A stretch of 64,000 nt of DNA from the human T2T-CHM13v2.0 reference genome, Homo sapiens, in NCBI RefSeq assembly GCF_009914755.1, contig NC_060942.1; one strand, given 5' to 3'. A program made the translations under genes and the position numbers. This document shows positions 1 through 15,625 of the stretch, in pieces (the stretch's first letter is position 1; each line of letters begins with the position of its first letter). A model generated the notes under the pieces. That model had not been told where the DNA came from. It saw only the letters and a program-made list of their open reading frames with translations, and searched no databases.

Positions 1-13
1 ATCTCAAAAAAGA

Positions 14-37
14 TTTTTTTTTTTTTTTTTTTTTTTT
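14..37. repeat. T24 mononucleotide tract next to the probable tail of an upstream Alu
   Basis: 24 consecutive T. The window begins ATCTCAAAAAA, which resembles an Alu 3' end. Confidence 0.8.
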
Positions 38-564
38 GCGGGGAAATCAATAGCTAATAGGCCTATGGAAAAACAAGAACCAGGAAAAGGAAGAATTAAA
101 GACAATCTTAAAGAGAGAAGAACCAGTATCCAATAAAATAACATATGCACACAAACACATTTGCACACGAAAGACAAAAAGACTATTCAAAAGAATATTT
201 AAGGAAAAACAACTAAGATGCTGCAAAGAATGATTGATTATATCAAATAGGTATGACAACAATTATTTTAGGAAAGTGATTATGAAAAAAACCCATTTTA
301 AGATGTCAGCAGTGATCACTTGATAAATGTTTATTAAAATGGACCCAACTTGAACTGATAAAAGTTTACCTGATAAAAGGTATAAATCAAAAACTTCCAT
401 CAAACATTTTACTAAATAAACTTCAGAAATCTTCCTGGGGATGTCGGGCAAAATAAAGTAAGGATATCAGAAATCAATACCCCTTTTTAAAATTGTATTG
501 CAGATTCTTGTCGAAACAATAAAAAAGCAGAAGGACAAAAGATAGCTATAAGAGTTAGAGAAAA

Positions 565-858
565 GGCCGGGCACGGTGGCTAACGCCTGTAATCCCAGCA
601 CTTAGGGAGGTCCAGGCGGGTGGATCACCTGAGGTCAGGAGTTTGAGACCAGCCTGACTAATATGGTGAAACCCTGTCTTTACTAAAAATACAAAAATTA
701 GCCAGGCGCGGTGGCGGTTGCCTATAGGCCCAGCTACTCAGGAGACTGAGACAGGAAAATCGCTTGAACCAGGGAGGCGGAGGTTGCAGTGAGCAGAGAT
801 CGCGCCATTCCTCTCCAGCCTGGGAGACAGAGTGAGAATCCGTCTAAAAAAAAAAAAA
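565..858 (+). mobile_element. AluS-type element, full length
   Basis: GGCCGGGCACGGTGGC start, GGATCACCTGAGGTCAGGAG, A5TACA5 linker and A tail. AGAGAAAA occurs on both flanks. Confidence 0.95.
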
Positions 859-973
859 GAGAGAAAAAAAAAGTCTATATGAGAAATCCAAGAGGCTCTA
901 CAAAACAACAAATGGAGGTGATGAGGGTTTAGGAGCTTTCTGCCTATAATATCTGCACTGAAAAATTAATAAC

Positions 974-1267
974 TTTTTTTTTTTGAGACAGAGTCTTACT
1001 TTGTCGCCCAGGCTGGAGTGCAATGGCGCGATCTCAGTTCGCTGCAACATTGCTTCCTGGGTTCAAACGATTCTCCTGTCTCAGCCTCCCGAGTAGCTGG
1101 GATTACAGGCGACCCCTGCCCCCACGCTGGGCTAATTTTTGTATTTTTAGTAGAGACAGGGTTTCGCCATGTTGGGCAGGCTGGCCTTGAACTCCTAACC
1201 TCAGGTGATCTGCCCTCCTCAGCCTCCCAAAGTGCTGGGATTACAGGCATGAGCCGCTGCGCCCGGT
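974..1267 (-). mobile_element. AluS-type element, full length
   Basis: T-tract then GAGACAGAGTC...CTCCCAAAGTGCTGGGATTACAGGCATGAGCC on + strand (reverse Alu). Confidence 0.95.
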
Positions 1268-2110
1268 CCATTTTTATAAATCAATATGACCAATTTTGAA
1301 TTGTAATAGAAAAATCCTATTTATTACCATAAAATAAAATGAAAGGTACTTAGGTTTATATCTATTAAAAATGGGCAAGATTTTATAAAGAAAGTTACAA
1401 AATATTTTGAAGAATAAAGACTGAATAAATCTGGAGGTATAATGTGGTCATATATGAGAAAAGAGTGTCATGGACAAATCAGTTTTCCACAAAGTAGTCT
1501 ACAATCTCATCAGGTTTCATGAAAGTTGATCTAAAATTCACATGGAAGAATAAAGGACTGAGAATATGTAATGAGACAACTGTGAAACAAGAGAACAAGC
1601 CTGAAAAATTTGACATGTGATATATATAATTTATCTTAAAGCTGTAGGAATTAAGAGTAATATTAGGATCATCCAAAGAGAGCATTTGATCAGCAAAGAG
1701 AGCTGAGTAACAGACACATGCATATAAAATGTAACATATGACAGAGATATCACTACAAATCAGTGCGGAAAGGATGGCTAATAATTGGCTAGCTCCATGC
1801 AAAATAAAATAAAATGAGATCCTTAACTCACAACATAAGGAAAATAAAAGTAAAGTAGATTGAAATGAGGAAAGTTAATCTTTAACAATTTTTTAAAAAA
1901 ACATGACACAACTTTATGGCTTTGAGGAAAGGAAGAATTTTTAAATAAAAATTAAAATGATAACTTCTAATGGAAAAAAATTGACAAATCTAACCACATT
2001 TAATTTTTTTAAGTTAAATTTAAACAGAGTAACCATATAAGCTGCAGGTTTAGAGAAGATTTTAATAATACAGCAGACAAGGATTAATTTCTTTAACATA
2101 TAAAAAGCCC

Positions 2111-2405
<295 letters not shown>

Positions 2406-2868
2406 CTATAAGTCAATAATAAAAATAGAAACAGTATACCAGAAAAACATGGGCAAATTATACACATAGGCAATTCACATAAAAGGAAAGCTATTTGGCC
2501 TGAAAACATTTGAAAAGTTTTTCAACTTTAATAGTAGGATATGAATAAATAAAATTCAAACTCATCATATTGTCAAATACTAACAAAATCTGTCAATATC
2601 AAATTTTGGTAAAGATGTGAAAAAAATTAAACTCATATGCTGTTCAAATTTGTGTATAATTTGATACAAAAACTTTGGAGAACAAACTACAATTTCGTAT
2701 TGAAAATGAAGTTGTACTTTCCCTTTGATCCAGCAATTATACTTAAAGCTACATACTCTAGACTTGCTATAGTAAAAATTTGGAAACAATCTAATTGTCT
2801 TTGAAGTAATGAAAAATACATTATGGTATGTTCATACCCTAAACCACAGCATTTAAAATAAACACACT

Positions 2869-3007
2869 GGCCGTATGTGGTGGCTCATGTCTGTAATCCC
2901 AGCACTTTGGGAGGCCAAGCCAAAGAGGATTGCTCGAGCTCAAGAATTTGAAACCATCTTAAGCAACATAGTTAGACTCTGTCTCTAAAAAAATAAAATA
3001 AAATAAA
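2869..3007 (+). mobile_element. FLAM (free left Alu monomer)
   Basis: Single ~120-bp left monomer ending GACTCTGTCTCT plus A-rich tail. TAAAATAAACACA is repeated on both flanks. Confidence 0.85.
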
Positions 3008-4627
3008 CACATTAAAATTGCAGGTGGTATGTATGTTAGAGAAACAAAAAAATCTTACAAATAATACTTTTTGTTTTAATTTTATCACTATGTAAAAATG
3101 GCATTAAAAAAATTGGAATGGTAAACACAAAAGGTTAATTAACCACGAGGAAGGAGGGGAATAATAATAGGAAGAGGCAGACTGAGGATTTTGAATGCAT
3201 CTATACTGGTTTAAACATGCAAAACAAATATAGAAAATGTCAGGATTTACTAAGCTGGTAAGATTACACAGAAATTTATTAGAAACTTGTTTACTTATAG
3301 TTTATATATAACTCTGTAAATTACTGCATGCTTAGTTGTTTCTTTAAAGAACAAAACCTATGTTAAGGTGACATCTCTGCAAGAAAGGCATCCTCCACAT
3401 TTTGTGGCTTAGAATGATTTACTTTCAGAGAATTTATTATAATTTGTTTGTTAAGGGTATCCTATTATACGTGACCATCTGTCAAAATATAAAAATGGCT
3501 TTTTGTACAATATTTTTGTTATATACCCACTAAATGTGATCTTACCTATAATAAACAAAATATCTGAAATACTGAGTTTATATCATTAAGGAAAAAATTA
3601 CTACTTTCAGCTGCCTCATAAAATTATTGGTATTTTCCTTCATCCCACTCATACAATTAACACAGTTGTTGGTTAGTGACTTCATAACTTATTTCATATG
3701 AAATTAAAGATTGCCATATGTAAAATATTTTCATGAGAATTTGAATTTGCTAGTTTCAAAAGGTAACCATAGAGCCCAGATGTTAAAAATATATTAACCT
3801 TAATAAACAGATATTTTTGTCAGCTTATACACGTGTCATATGCTAATGTGTTGAAATAATGACTAGTATGTTTTTTCCTTAAAAATTCTTTAAATTGTGT
3901 CTGTGTCTTACAGAACATAAATACCATTGAAAACACACTTTGGATAAAATTAAATCATTTTTAGAGACATATGGTACCAAAAATTAACTCCCCAAAGCAC
4001 ATCATTTAACTGGCTTTTGTAATTTAAGAACCCTGGAAAAAAAGAAAGGGAACGTTTCAAGGAAATGAGAAGTGTCCTTATAATGAATTTCTCCTTATAA
4101 GAATCAGACATCACAACAGTCTTTTTAATTAAAATACAAATACCATATGTATAGTTATCTGAAAATGAACTATAAATTGTTTTGCCAGGAAACAAAGACC
4201 AGTCAATACTGAAAACAAAAAGTCCTTTAGAATACAAAGATGATAGTAACTGGCAGGGTAGACAGTGCATGAACAGCACTCACAGTTCTTTGTCTATGAA
4301 TAATAATTTGTTCATTCTGGATTTGTGAAAACATACAACTGCTGGATTCAAATCTGTGAAAGGGATTTTTGAAAATACCTTATTTATACTTTTTTGGATG
4401 AAAAACATCTTTATAAAAACTGGAATTTATACAGATCCAGTTTCAACTGGTAGTTGAAAAGAACATAGAATTTCTCCACATGCAACATGAAAACCCATTA
4501 GATACAGAATCCAAACAGAAAATTAACAGAATCGCTGCAATAAACAATCTTTATCAATACAACATGTAGGACAAGTATGAAAAGTGTGGAACAATTCCAA
4601 ATTTTTGAAGTAAAAATTACCTCCCAG

Positions 4628-4958
4628 GATAAATTAGCAGAGCACACAGGGTTTTTAGGGCGGTGAAAATATTTTGTATGATACCACAATGGCAGATACA
4701 TGCCATTATACGTTTGTCCAAACCCATAGAATGTACAACACCAAGAGTGAACCCTAAAGTATGAACTTGGAGTGATGATGATGTGTCAATATAGGTTCAT
4801 CAGTTGTAACAAATGTACCAGCTGGCATGGGTTGTTGATAATGGAGGAGGCTATGCATGTATGTGGAAAGGGGGTATTCAGAAACTCTCTGTACCTTCCA
4901 CTCCATTTTGCTGTAAGCCCCAAAACTCCTCTAAAAAATAAAATCTAAAAAAAAAAAA
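4628..4958 (+). mobile_element. L1MC1/L1MC2-type 3' end
   Basis: Matches the L1MC 3' UTR (TTTGTCCAAACCCATAGAATGTACAACACCAAGAGTGAACCCTAA ... CTCTAAAAAATAAAATCT) plus A tail. Confidence 0.85.
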
Positions 4959-7699
4959 ACCACTTCTCAGTACACTGGAGTGGGAATTGGGAGTAGGTAC
5001 ATGGTGGTGACAATGTGTGACACTTGTTAGAGGTTACAGTATTTCTGAAAGATGCACGTGTATGCATGGATTAATTCATCACAGGTACCTGAAAATTTGA
5101 GAGTTCATCTGATATAATTGGCAGAGAGTTTGGAAGTTTCTTAGGTAAGAAGCCTGCAACCTAAGAATAGAAATATTACAAATATTACAAATGAAGCCAT
5201 TTCAGAAGTCCGTATTTCCTATCTACAAACACAGTCAAACAAATAGTACAACTGTAGAAGCAGCTCTAAGATTTATTCACATTTGACAAAGAAGAGAAAA
5301 AAATGCTGTATCCTGTAGATTTGCATTTGCACCTTAGGTAATCTAATTAAAATCATATTTAAAGCTTTGACAAAATACGATAAAGGCCATCTGGAAAAAA
5401 TAATGAGCTTTTCCTATAGGAATTTATTTTAGATAGAAAGAAGGTAGATAGATAATAGCACAAATACATTCATTTATTTGCACTAGAATATTCAAATAAT
5501 GGTTACAATTTCAATCTGCTTGTTGTAAGTTTTCACATACTGAAAGCACACTGCGTTTCTCAATTTCTGACAGATAGATAAAACTGATAAGTGAAGGTAT
5601 GTGCATGCAATTTTAATTCAACAGAGTGATGTGAAGTGCAGCTCACAAGGCAAATAGCATAAGCCTTATCAGTTCTGTTTATTGTAATAACCCAAACAAT
5701 AGCAATTATAAACTACTCCACAGATTTTTGGCAAGGCAGGAATGACAGATATAAAAAATCCAGTTAATACTGAGCTATTTATAGTACTCAGTTACAAAGC
5801 TATACATGTACAATATACAAATATCAAAAGTAATGAGATATTTCTTTATTACCAAATCCATTTCACAGACTAGTGTTAAAGATCACATAGCTCATTTCTG
5901 GAAATAGCTTTTATTAACTGCTTAGATGTACTTAAGAAAAATAAGACCCACGTGCACTCCCAATTTTGGTGCTGGCATTTAAGAAAATTAAAGAAGAATT
6001 ATTTAATTACTCTAATTATATAAAAATAATATATTCGATAATTCTGCATTTGGATCTCTGCTAATATATAAAACCATGGTATGACAGAGAGAAAGCTGAT
6101 CTACACAGACACTATTAATTTTTGTACTGAATAGTTAAAAATCAAGTCTATCCTTTTATATGAATATGCAAATGTATTTCTTTGTATACTTTATAATGAT
6201 AATACACACTATTACATATAACAGATAATAATTCATCTTTTTTCACATTTAATAGTAGTAACAACCTGCAAAACTTAAAACCTTCTTAGTTTGATAATTT
6301 GGTTCTGAAATAAAATTACTGCATTCTGGTAGATTTTGATAAAAATGTGTAAAGACAGTAGTTTATATATTTTGCTTAAGTTGCTAAAATTCACACTGAA
6401 ATCCCATGAACAGTTCAATAAGAAATAAATGAATGAACGTATATGATTAATTCTAAAATTATTGTTCCTTGTGATTGAAAAAATTGTTAAACCAATAATA
6501 AAACAAAATTATAAAATAAAATTACCCTCACAATAAAAATCTAACTTTTCTCAAATGAATAATTGTTCAAAAATGGTTGAAGATAGAATTACATGACAGC
6601 TAAATATGAAAGATTACACTGTCAAACATAGAGATGAACATATTTTTGAAGCATACACTTCCTTGCCTGCTTGTCAGTCTTTTGCCCAAAAGTAATTAAG
6701 TACCTTGATTTTAAAATGTGGCCAAATAAATGGTCTAAGTTGGCACTTTCGGTTTTCATTTATGAGCTGTGGTTGAGCAATTTTCTCTGATGATTATCCA
6801 CAGTATATCTTTATAGTCTTCTGAGACCCACTTATTTTAATGCAAAAAATCAAGAAAATGCTTTAAAAATTACATTTACCTAAAATTAATTCACAATAAA
6901 AACATTATTCGAAAAAGATTAATTATAGAGCTCATTGGTTTATTTCAAAATTTCAAGAAGAAATATAGTATATTTTTACTTTTAAAACATTAAATTTCAT
7001 TATAAATACCCCCAGCATTTTTATTTCTTTTACACACAAGTAAACATAAATGCTTATGAAGTTATTTGTTTTAAACAATTTGCAAAAATTCAACTGCAAA
7101 TGTAAATAAAATACGCCACACAATCATGCAATGCGGGACAGCCTAAGTGTGGAAACTAGTCTACAGCTATAAAAATCATGGGTCAGAAAGTATAAGCTTC
7201 ATTTAGAATGCAAAACTCTGACCCTATTATTGTCTTAGCTTCTTGTTAGTGATCTAGAATTGTTCTAGCACTAGAAGAATGGCAAGAGTAAGAAGAAAAT
7301 CTGAAAAGTAGTGCAAATTGTCACAGATGCCCAAAATTTATAAACTCATTTGCTGGCTTGCACTGGTATATATAATTAAATCCAGGTTATGACAAATATT
7401 ATCGAATATATTTATAATAAAACAATGCTTTTTCTACATTAGTTACTAATACCATTCTTTCAGAAAACATTGTGAACTAAATTGAAGATACTCAAAGAAT
7501 CTAAAAAGAATATAAATAGCAATGATTAATATAAATGGAATACTATTGACTCATATTAAGGAAACTACAGATGTTCTACCACACTCTGGAAATTTATTAT
7601 GGTAGCAGTAGAAGGAAGGATCACTGGATATTTGAAAACCTAAGCAGATCTAGGTATTACTGGGCTATGTGACTTAGTGTCATTTGAACCTTGATTGTC

Positions 7700-7759
7700 T
7701 CATGCAAGGAACAAGTATAGTTCTACCAATCATGCAAGGAACAAGTATAGTTCTACCAA
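7700..7759. repeat. Perfect 30-bp tandem duplication
   Basis: TCATGCAAGGAACAAGTATAGTTCTACCAA twice, head to tail. Confidence 0.95.
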
Positions 7760-9589
7760 ACTGGATTCAATATAAAATACTCATTCTTAATATAGAAAGA
7801 TATTTTTGTTTTTGCACTGTTTCTAACATAGAGATACAACATTTTAGACAGGGTTTTGAGTTTTTTGGCCTAGTTAATTTATTCCATGTATTTTGAGAAT
7901 AGGCAAAATGTAATGAAAAATTATGAAAAAAAGAGTTCACTAGACACTCTGAAGAGTGCTTTAATTTTAAAACAAAATCAATTCTTTATACAAATATTTT
8001 TATTGCATTGATGGGTTTAGAACACATAAGAAATTCCCATGAGAGAATCTGGAGAACCATGAGTGAAACTTGAATAGTGAGTAGCCACCAATTCCAGGTA
8101 AGTGAATGATCTCTGCATGTATACTCTCTAAGCCTAGAGTAGAGCTGAGGACTCCTAAGTTTTTGTTTTCCCCTTGGCTTGCAGAAGAAACTAGTGCAAA
8201 TTGTCTCTGGAAAAAAGCAATCTTAAACTGGGACACAAGTTTTATAGAGATGAAGATCTATTAACTTCTAGTCAACTGAATATATTAATACATAGTAGAA
8301 ACAATGAGATTCGCAGGAACAAACAAAAACTACCAGGAAGAGTATTATTTCAGAACAAGGGTAATAAAGAGATATTTTAGATAAACTGAAACTGAGAGTT
8401 TATTTCTATTGAACCTTCTAGAAAGGATGTAATTCAGAAAAAAGGAAAATGATTTCATGGAGAGGCTCTGAGTTGCAAGAAGGAATGGTGAATAACAACA
8501 AAACAGGTAAATATGTAAAGTCAAACAAACATTCCCTGTATGAAATATTAATAGCAATGCTAATAAAATTATAATACCTAATTAAAGAGTATAAAAGAAT
8601 CATGGAAACTAAAATGTTTTATAACAATATTATGTATGTCTGAAGTTCAGAAGTCTGAATTAAAATTCTCTAACTCAGTATATTGCATGATAGTTAAAAT
8701 ATGTGCTGTAATAAATAAAATATCAAGTATATTTTAAATTAAATATGCATGGTCTATTTAAAGTATAATAAAAATAAAATTTCAAATAAAAGGTTAGATA
8801 TAGTGGTTTGGCCTTCAAGAAAAGGAGGAGAAAAAATAGAATAAGAAAAAATAAACAAAAGTCTTCAATCAACTAAAAAGGCAGGTAGAGAGAAAAAGGA
8901 AGCAGTAGAAAAAAATATAACAATTAAAAAACAAAGAGATACTAGAAAGAGGTAAAAAATATAATTGATTACAATAACCATATATGGATTACATTTTTCA
9001 GTTAGGACAGGCAGAAGATTAGATTTAGAAAATGATGCTTACATATAGTTTACATGAAACACATTAAAAACTAAAAGATAGTCAAGATAGAAACTAAATA
9101 ATAAAAAAAATTATTGATTACAGGCATATACTAGCACAATGAAACATTGAGTATAGTAGGCAAAAGAGACCTTAAGACAAATAGTGTTCTTAGATAGAGA
9201 TTACTCATATCCATATATATATATCTAGGTCTATAGATATCAACACATCAATTTTGGCAAATCAAAAATTAAAATAATGGTGATGATTGACAGGCTTAAT
9301 AAACTTGATCTAGCATATATATGTATATATGCATATATATGTGTACATACAGATATACATGCACATGTCCCAAATTATAAATTACACCATCTTCTTAAGC
9401 ATACGGAAACATTAAAACTTGTAACTTATATACATTAAAACATAAACTGTATAAAATCTTATGAGATCATAAAGCAAGCCTTTTATTACAATGAACTGAC
9501 ATGATATAAACCATGTTCCTGACAACAAAACAACTAAATTAGAAGTCAGAAAGCAAAACAAACAAAACAAAAATGTCTATATCTCCTTA

Positions 9590-9921
<332 letters not shown>

Positions 9922-9949
9922 TTATCAAAATTAATCATAAAAAGTTGTT

Positions 9950-10258
<309 letters not shown>

Positions 10259-11253
10259 TTAATTCTTTAATACTGATTGCTAAATAAATAAATTTCAAAC
10301 ACATAGGATGCAAACAGATGATACTTAAGGGGGTTTATAGTCTTTTATGCTTATATTAGAAAAGACAAAATGTAGATTAAGAGCTTTTCATCCAAATTTA
10401 AAAAAATATATAAAGAACAGAATAAACTAATCAAAAATGTAGGAAAAGAGTAATAAAATGGAAACCATATATATATGATAGAGGAAATTCACAGAGTTCT
10501 TAGGAAAGACCAATAAACTATGCAAACTTCCACAAGGATTAACACAATGAAATAGAAATAAAGTAAAAAATTAATAATATTTGAACAAAAGAAAAATTGA
10601 TAAACATAGTAGAAATTAAAATTGTTAAGATAATACTATGAGTAATTTTATGTAGTAAATTTAAAATGAAATGAAATAGACAAAGTCCTAATAAACAGAA
10701 CTTAAACTGACTTGTAAAATAGAAAGCTACATATTCTTACAATTACTAAAGAAATTGTATTAGTAGTTTAAAATTGCCCTCATACAGAAAACACTTGGCT
10801 CTGAAAGTTTTATAGGATAATTTTTCCAAGTTTTAAAGACACAGTTTCTTCCAATTGTATGCCAACTCTTTCAGAAAATAGAAAAAGAGAGAATATTTCC
10901 CAAATTATTCTAGAAGTCAAGCAAAACATGAAAACTAATATCCAATAAATGCAGTAAAAAAACCAAAAAGTATAATTTAATTCTACTTATAAACTTATGT
11001 GCAAAATATATGTGGCAAGTATTTGTAAAATGAACATAGCAATGTATAAAACCATAATTAATCATGGCCAGGTGATATTTATTCTAGGAACGCAAGACTT
11101 AAAAGAAATCTAAACATACATTTTACCCACCACATTAATCCCCGAAAAGGAGAGAAACCATATGATCATCTTATTGGATGGAGAAGATGCATTTGAAAAA
11201 ATTCAAGACTCATTTATGTGATAATAACAATCAGTATCTTGTTTCTGTATACA

Positions 11254-11570
11254 CAGGTTGGCAACATTTTTTTCTGGAAAGAGCTAGATACTAAATATTT
11301 AATCTTTGTGTGCCAAACCACCTGTGGCAGCTACTCAACTTTATTGATTTAGCTTGAAAGCAGTCATAGAAGAGATGTAAACAAATGACTGGGCTGTATT
11401 ACAATAAAACTTTAATTATGGAATTTGCATGTCATATATTTTCATGTGTCAAATATTTCCTTCCTTTGATATTTTCCAAACCATTTAATAATATAAAAAC
11501 CATTTTTAGCTCATGAGCAGTAACAAAGCAAGTGGCAGCCCAGATTTGGCCAGTGAGCTGTAGTTATACA
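11254..11570 (-). mobile_element. MER58B-like hAT-Charlie DNA transposon relic
   Basis: CAGGTTGGCAAC start, GCAGCTACTCAACT, ACAATAAAACTTTA and CCAGATTTGGCCAGTGAGCTGTAGTT match reverse MER58. Confidence 0.75.
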
Positions 11571-12837
11571 ACATTATATGGGAGGGCCTGAGCAATGTAG
11601 TGAGATAAGGAAAAAACTCACATATAGAAAAAAATACATATATGTCAAAGTAAAGAACCTGCCATTGATTATTCATATAGATAATACAAGATAATTTACT
11701 GTTAAGTTACAAGAAATAATGAGAAACTTTTGACAAAGGCTGCATGTAAGATTGATATTTAGAAATCAATTATAATTTTATTCACTGGAAATACATTGTT
11801 CGCAGCTGTAAAAAACTTTTTTACAAAGCATCAAATTATAAGATAATTTGAAAGAACTATTGTTAAAGAGTTGAGTAGGATATATACAGAGAAAATTGGA
11901 AGACTTCTTTAAATATACTGAATGAGATCTAACTAAATATGTAAGGAACCATGGCCATGCCTATGAAGAATCAATGTCATAATGTCAATTTTTCACAAAT
12001 TAATCTACAGCTAGGCAATTCTCATCAACAGTGCACTTTAGGGAACTTAGGAAAAATGATTATAAAATTAAATTTTAGGAACAAGTAGCAAAAGTTAGTC
12101 AAAACACTGTATAAGGAAATCAAGTCGGAGACATTTGCCCTGCGATATATCAAATTTGTTGCAAAGACAGTATTTAAAACAGTATGTTTTGGTATAAGAA
12201 TAGACGTAGTAATCAATAGAACAAAGTAGAGAGCCCAGAAGTTCACATAAATATTAAACCTAAAGTTATAAAGAGTTGGCATTGCAAATCAATAAGGAAT
12301 GGATAAACTAATTATTTTGACAATTGATTCTGAATGTGAAAAAAATTCATCAAGTCTTCACAGTATATGTAAAACTAAATTCCATATGTATTAAAAACTT
12401 AAAAGTTCAAGTCAAATTTTTAAAATCTCAGAAGAAATTAAAAGAAAATGTCTTCAAATACATACAGAAAAAGATTTTTGAATTGTATTTCATCAAAACT
12501 TTGTTCATCCAAAACACCATGAAAATGAAAAAGGGAAGCCATAACTGGGAGGAGATATTTGCTACATATATAATCAACAAAATATTAGCGTCCAGGATTT
12601 ATGTATAGATCTTAGGGATGACTGATACCAATATGAAAAAGAAAAGAAAAGTCATAAAGCCCAATAGCAAAATGAGCAAAAGATTTTTTTTTCACAAGAG
12701 AAAACACAAATGGCTTACAAGTAATTAGGAAAATGAAAGTTAATAACACAGTGAGATACTCTTTTATATCAATTATATTATGAGTAGTTATCTGCTTTAA
12801 ATAAAAATTATTATAATAATTTTATATTTATTATTAT

Positions 12838-13050
12838 TTAATGAGCATTTGCTATATGCCAGGCATGGTGCAAAATATTTTACATTCAATATCTTAGTTA
12901 CTTCTACATAAAATGGGGGCTATTATCATTTTACAGACTGGAAAAAAGATTCTTAGTAGCAAGAACAAATAATATACTACATAGTGGTAAAGCCGGTATT
13001 CAAATTCATGACTGTCTGACTTCATATCCTATCCTTTTAATCATTGCACT
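12838..13050 (-). mobile_element. MIR
   Basis: GAGCATTTGCTATATGCCAGGCA ... CATTTTACAGA ... GGTATTCAAA ... TGTCTGACTTCA, the reverse MIR pattern. Confidence 0.7.
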
Positions 13051-14375
13051 TGATAAATGTTTGCCGGGCAAATTAAACAGTTAAATTTAGGTATTGTGTA
13101 CATAAATTTTTAGGGTGTCAAATGCACACTAATGAAAATAAGGGGCCAGGATAACTATGCCTAATGACATTTACAACCTGTGGGGGAAACTGGACTTCAC
13201 CAGTAAGGATTCAAGCAAGTATTCAATTATGAACTGTGATTTGAGCCATGAAAGATAAAAAAGTCTGTGGAGGCGCAGACTTAACAAGAGAAAATGGTGG
13301 TAGTGTCAAGATAGGAGGAGGTGATTTCATGTAAGCTAGAAGGTAGTTTTATTTCAAAATGGTAAATAAGCAAATTTTTAACATTTGTGCTCTTTACTTT
13401 CTTTAATAAATGTTGCACCCCTCTTCCAAATGTCCCACTACAGTTGCACCAGCCCCTCATGTCTCCATGCTGTCTCGGGCTGGTCCCCAGTTTGTTCCTT
13501 CAGGCTTATGCAGAGGTGTATTCTGATACCCAGTCCCAACAAAACTTTCTCTGTTTCACCCTTTATCTTGAGTTTCCACCTCCAGGCACATCCCTGCATG
13601 AGCTAGTCTAAATAAAGAATTTCTATTTCATATTTTAATGCTCCTGAAGAATTCTGTGTTAATTACCCCAGGCATTTAAAAAGGACATCTGCCCATTGCT
13701 TTACCTAAGGGATTATATCTAATGATAGAAATTTTAGATAGTGTGTTGTGTTTGTGGTATAAAGTACAGAAATAATGGGAACTTTTAGGTCTTCCCAAAT
13801 CACACCTCAAAAGTGGGTACATAAGCTGTAAGTCAACATGTAGAAACTTGGTCATAGTCCTTGGAATAAATGAAAGTGTAATAGTTGAACCAATTTTATT
13901 ATATTTTCTGTCATGTTAGTATAAGCGCTGTAACAACTTGTCAAATCAAATGCATTTTTTTTATCCTTTTCATTTTCTGTAAATGAGCTTTTGGAGACCT
14001 AGTCCATTCTTTGTTCTTTTGACAGCTTGTTCTGCTCATTACATGATATGTGGGATTATCAAATCTCTAAGATTTTGCTGTTTCTAAAATACATTATAAA
14101 ATGGGATAAACTTTCTGAATTTTTCTAAATACACATTTTGGATCAAATTTTAAATTGGAATATTAAATTTAAAACAAGGAGGATGATACACAAAACTATA
14201 TGTGGTCAGTCATTCCTAAATTATGGCTCATGGGTGTTTAAAAGATGCTTTGAAAGTAAGTAAAAAAAAGTGACAAGGTGGCAACTGAGGGAATTTTGAA
14301 GACTTACAGAAAATGGAAGAGAAAAGGTATATAGAAACTGTAAAATAATGAGGAGACTTCTGAGGAATAAAGCAG

Positions 14376-14620
14376 AAATATTTACTATTGCACAGCATGG
14401 TGACCACAGTTAATGTGTTATATATTTCAAAATTGCTAAAGAAATAGATTTTAAGCATGATCACCCTACGCAAAAAAGTGATAAGTTGGTGAGGCAATGG
14501 ATATGGATATTTTAATTAGCTTGACTGAATCTTTCTACAATGTACACATACATCAAAGTATTGCATTTTACCCCATAAATATATACAGTTGTTATTTGAC
14601 ACCTAAAAAATATAATTAAA
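14376..14620 (+). mobile_element. L1MA (about L1MA7-10) 3' end fragment
   Basis: CACAGCATGGTGAC...ATATTTCAAAATTGCTAA...TAATTAGCTTGA...ACCCCATAAATATATACA. Confidence 0.8.
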
Positions 14621-14672
14621 AACGTAAATTAGATGGACCAAGATAATATTATATTTCCTTTAATTAAACTCA

Positions 14673-15423
<751 letters not shown>

Positions 15424-15499
15424 CCTTGAATGTGATCTTTTATCATGCACAGATAGGGATTAGTTTATTTCAGGTGTATTGTAGTTGGTTGTATATGTG

Positions 15500-15625
15500 C
15501 TTTCTCTGCTGGATCATTAAGTCCTTGAGGGCAGGGTCAATGTGATGTTCATCTTTGTGTCCCCTGCACCTGATTCAGGGTTAGGTGCATAAAAAGTCCT
15601 CAACAAATATTATTTGAATGACTTA
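15500..15625 (+). mobile_element. L2 3' end fragment
   Basis: AAGTCCTTGAGGGCAGGG ... CTCAACAAATATTATTTGAATGA. Confidence 0.7.

Noticed and set aside
5085-5144. + strand candidate exon with a strong AG|GTAAGA donor
   Set aside because: All three frames contain stops, the acceptor is weak and there are no supporting neighbouring exons.
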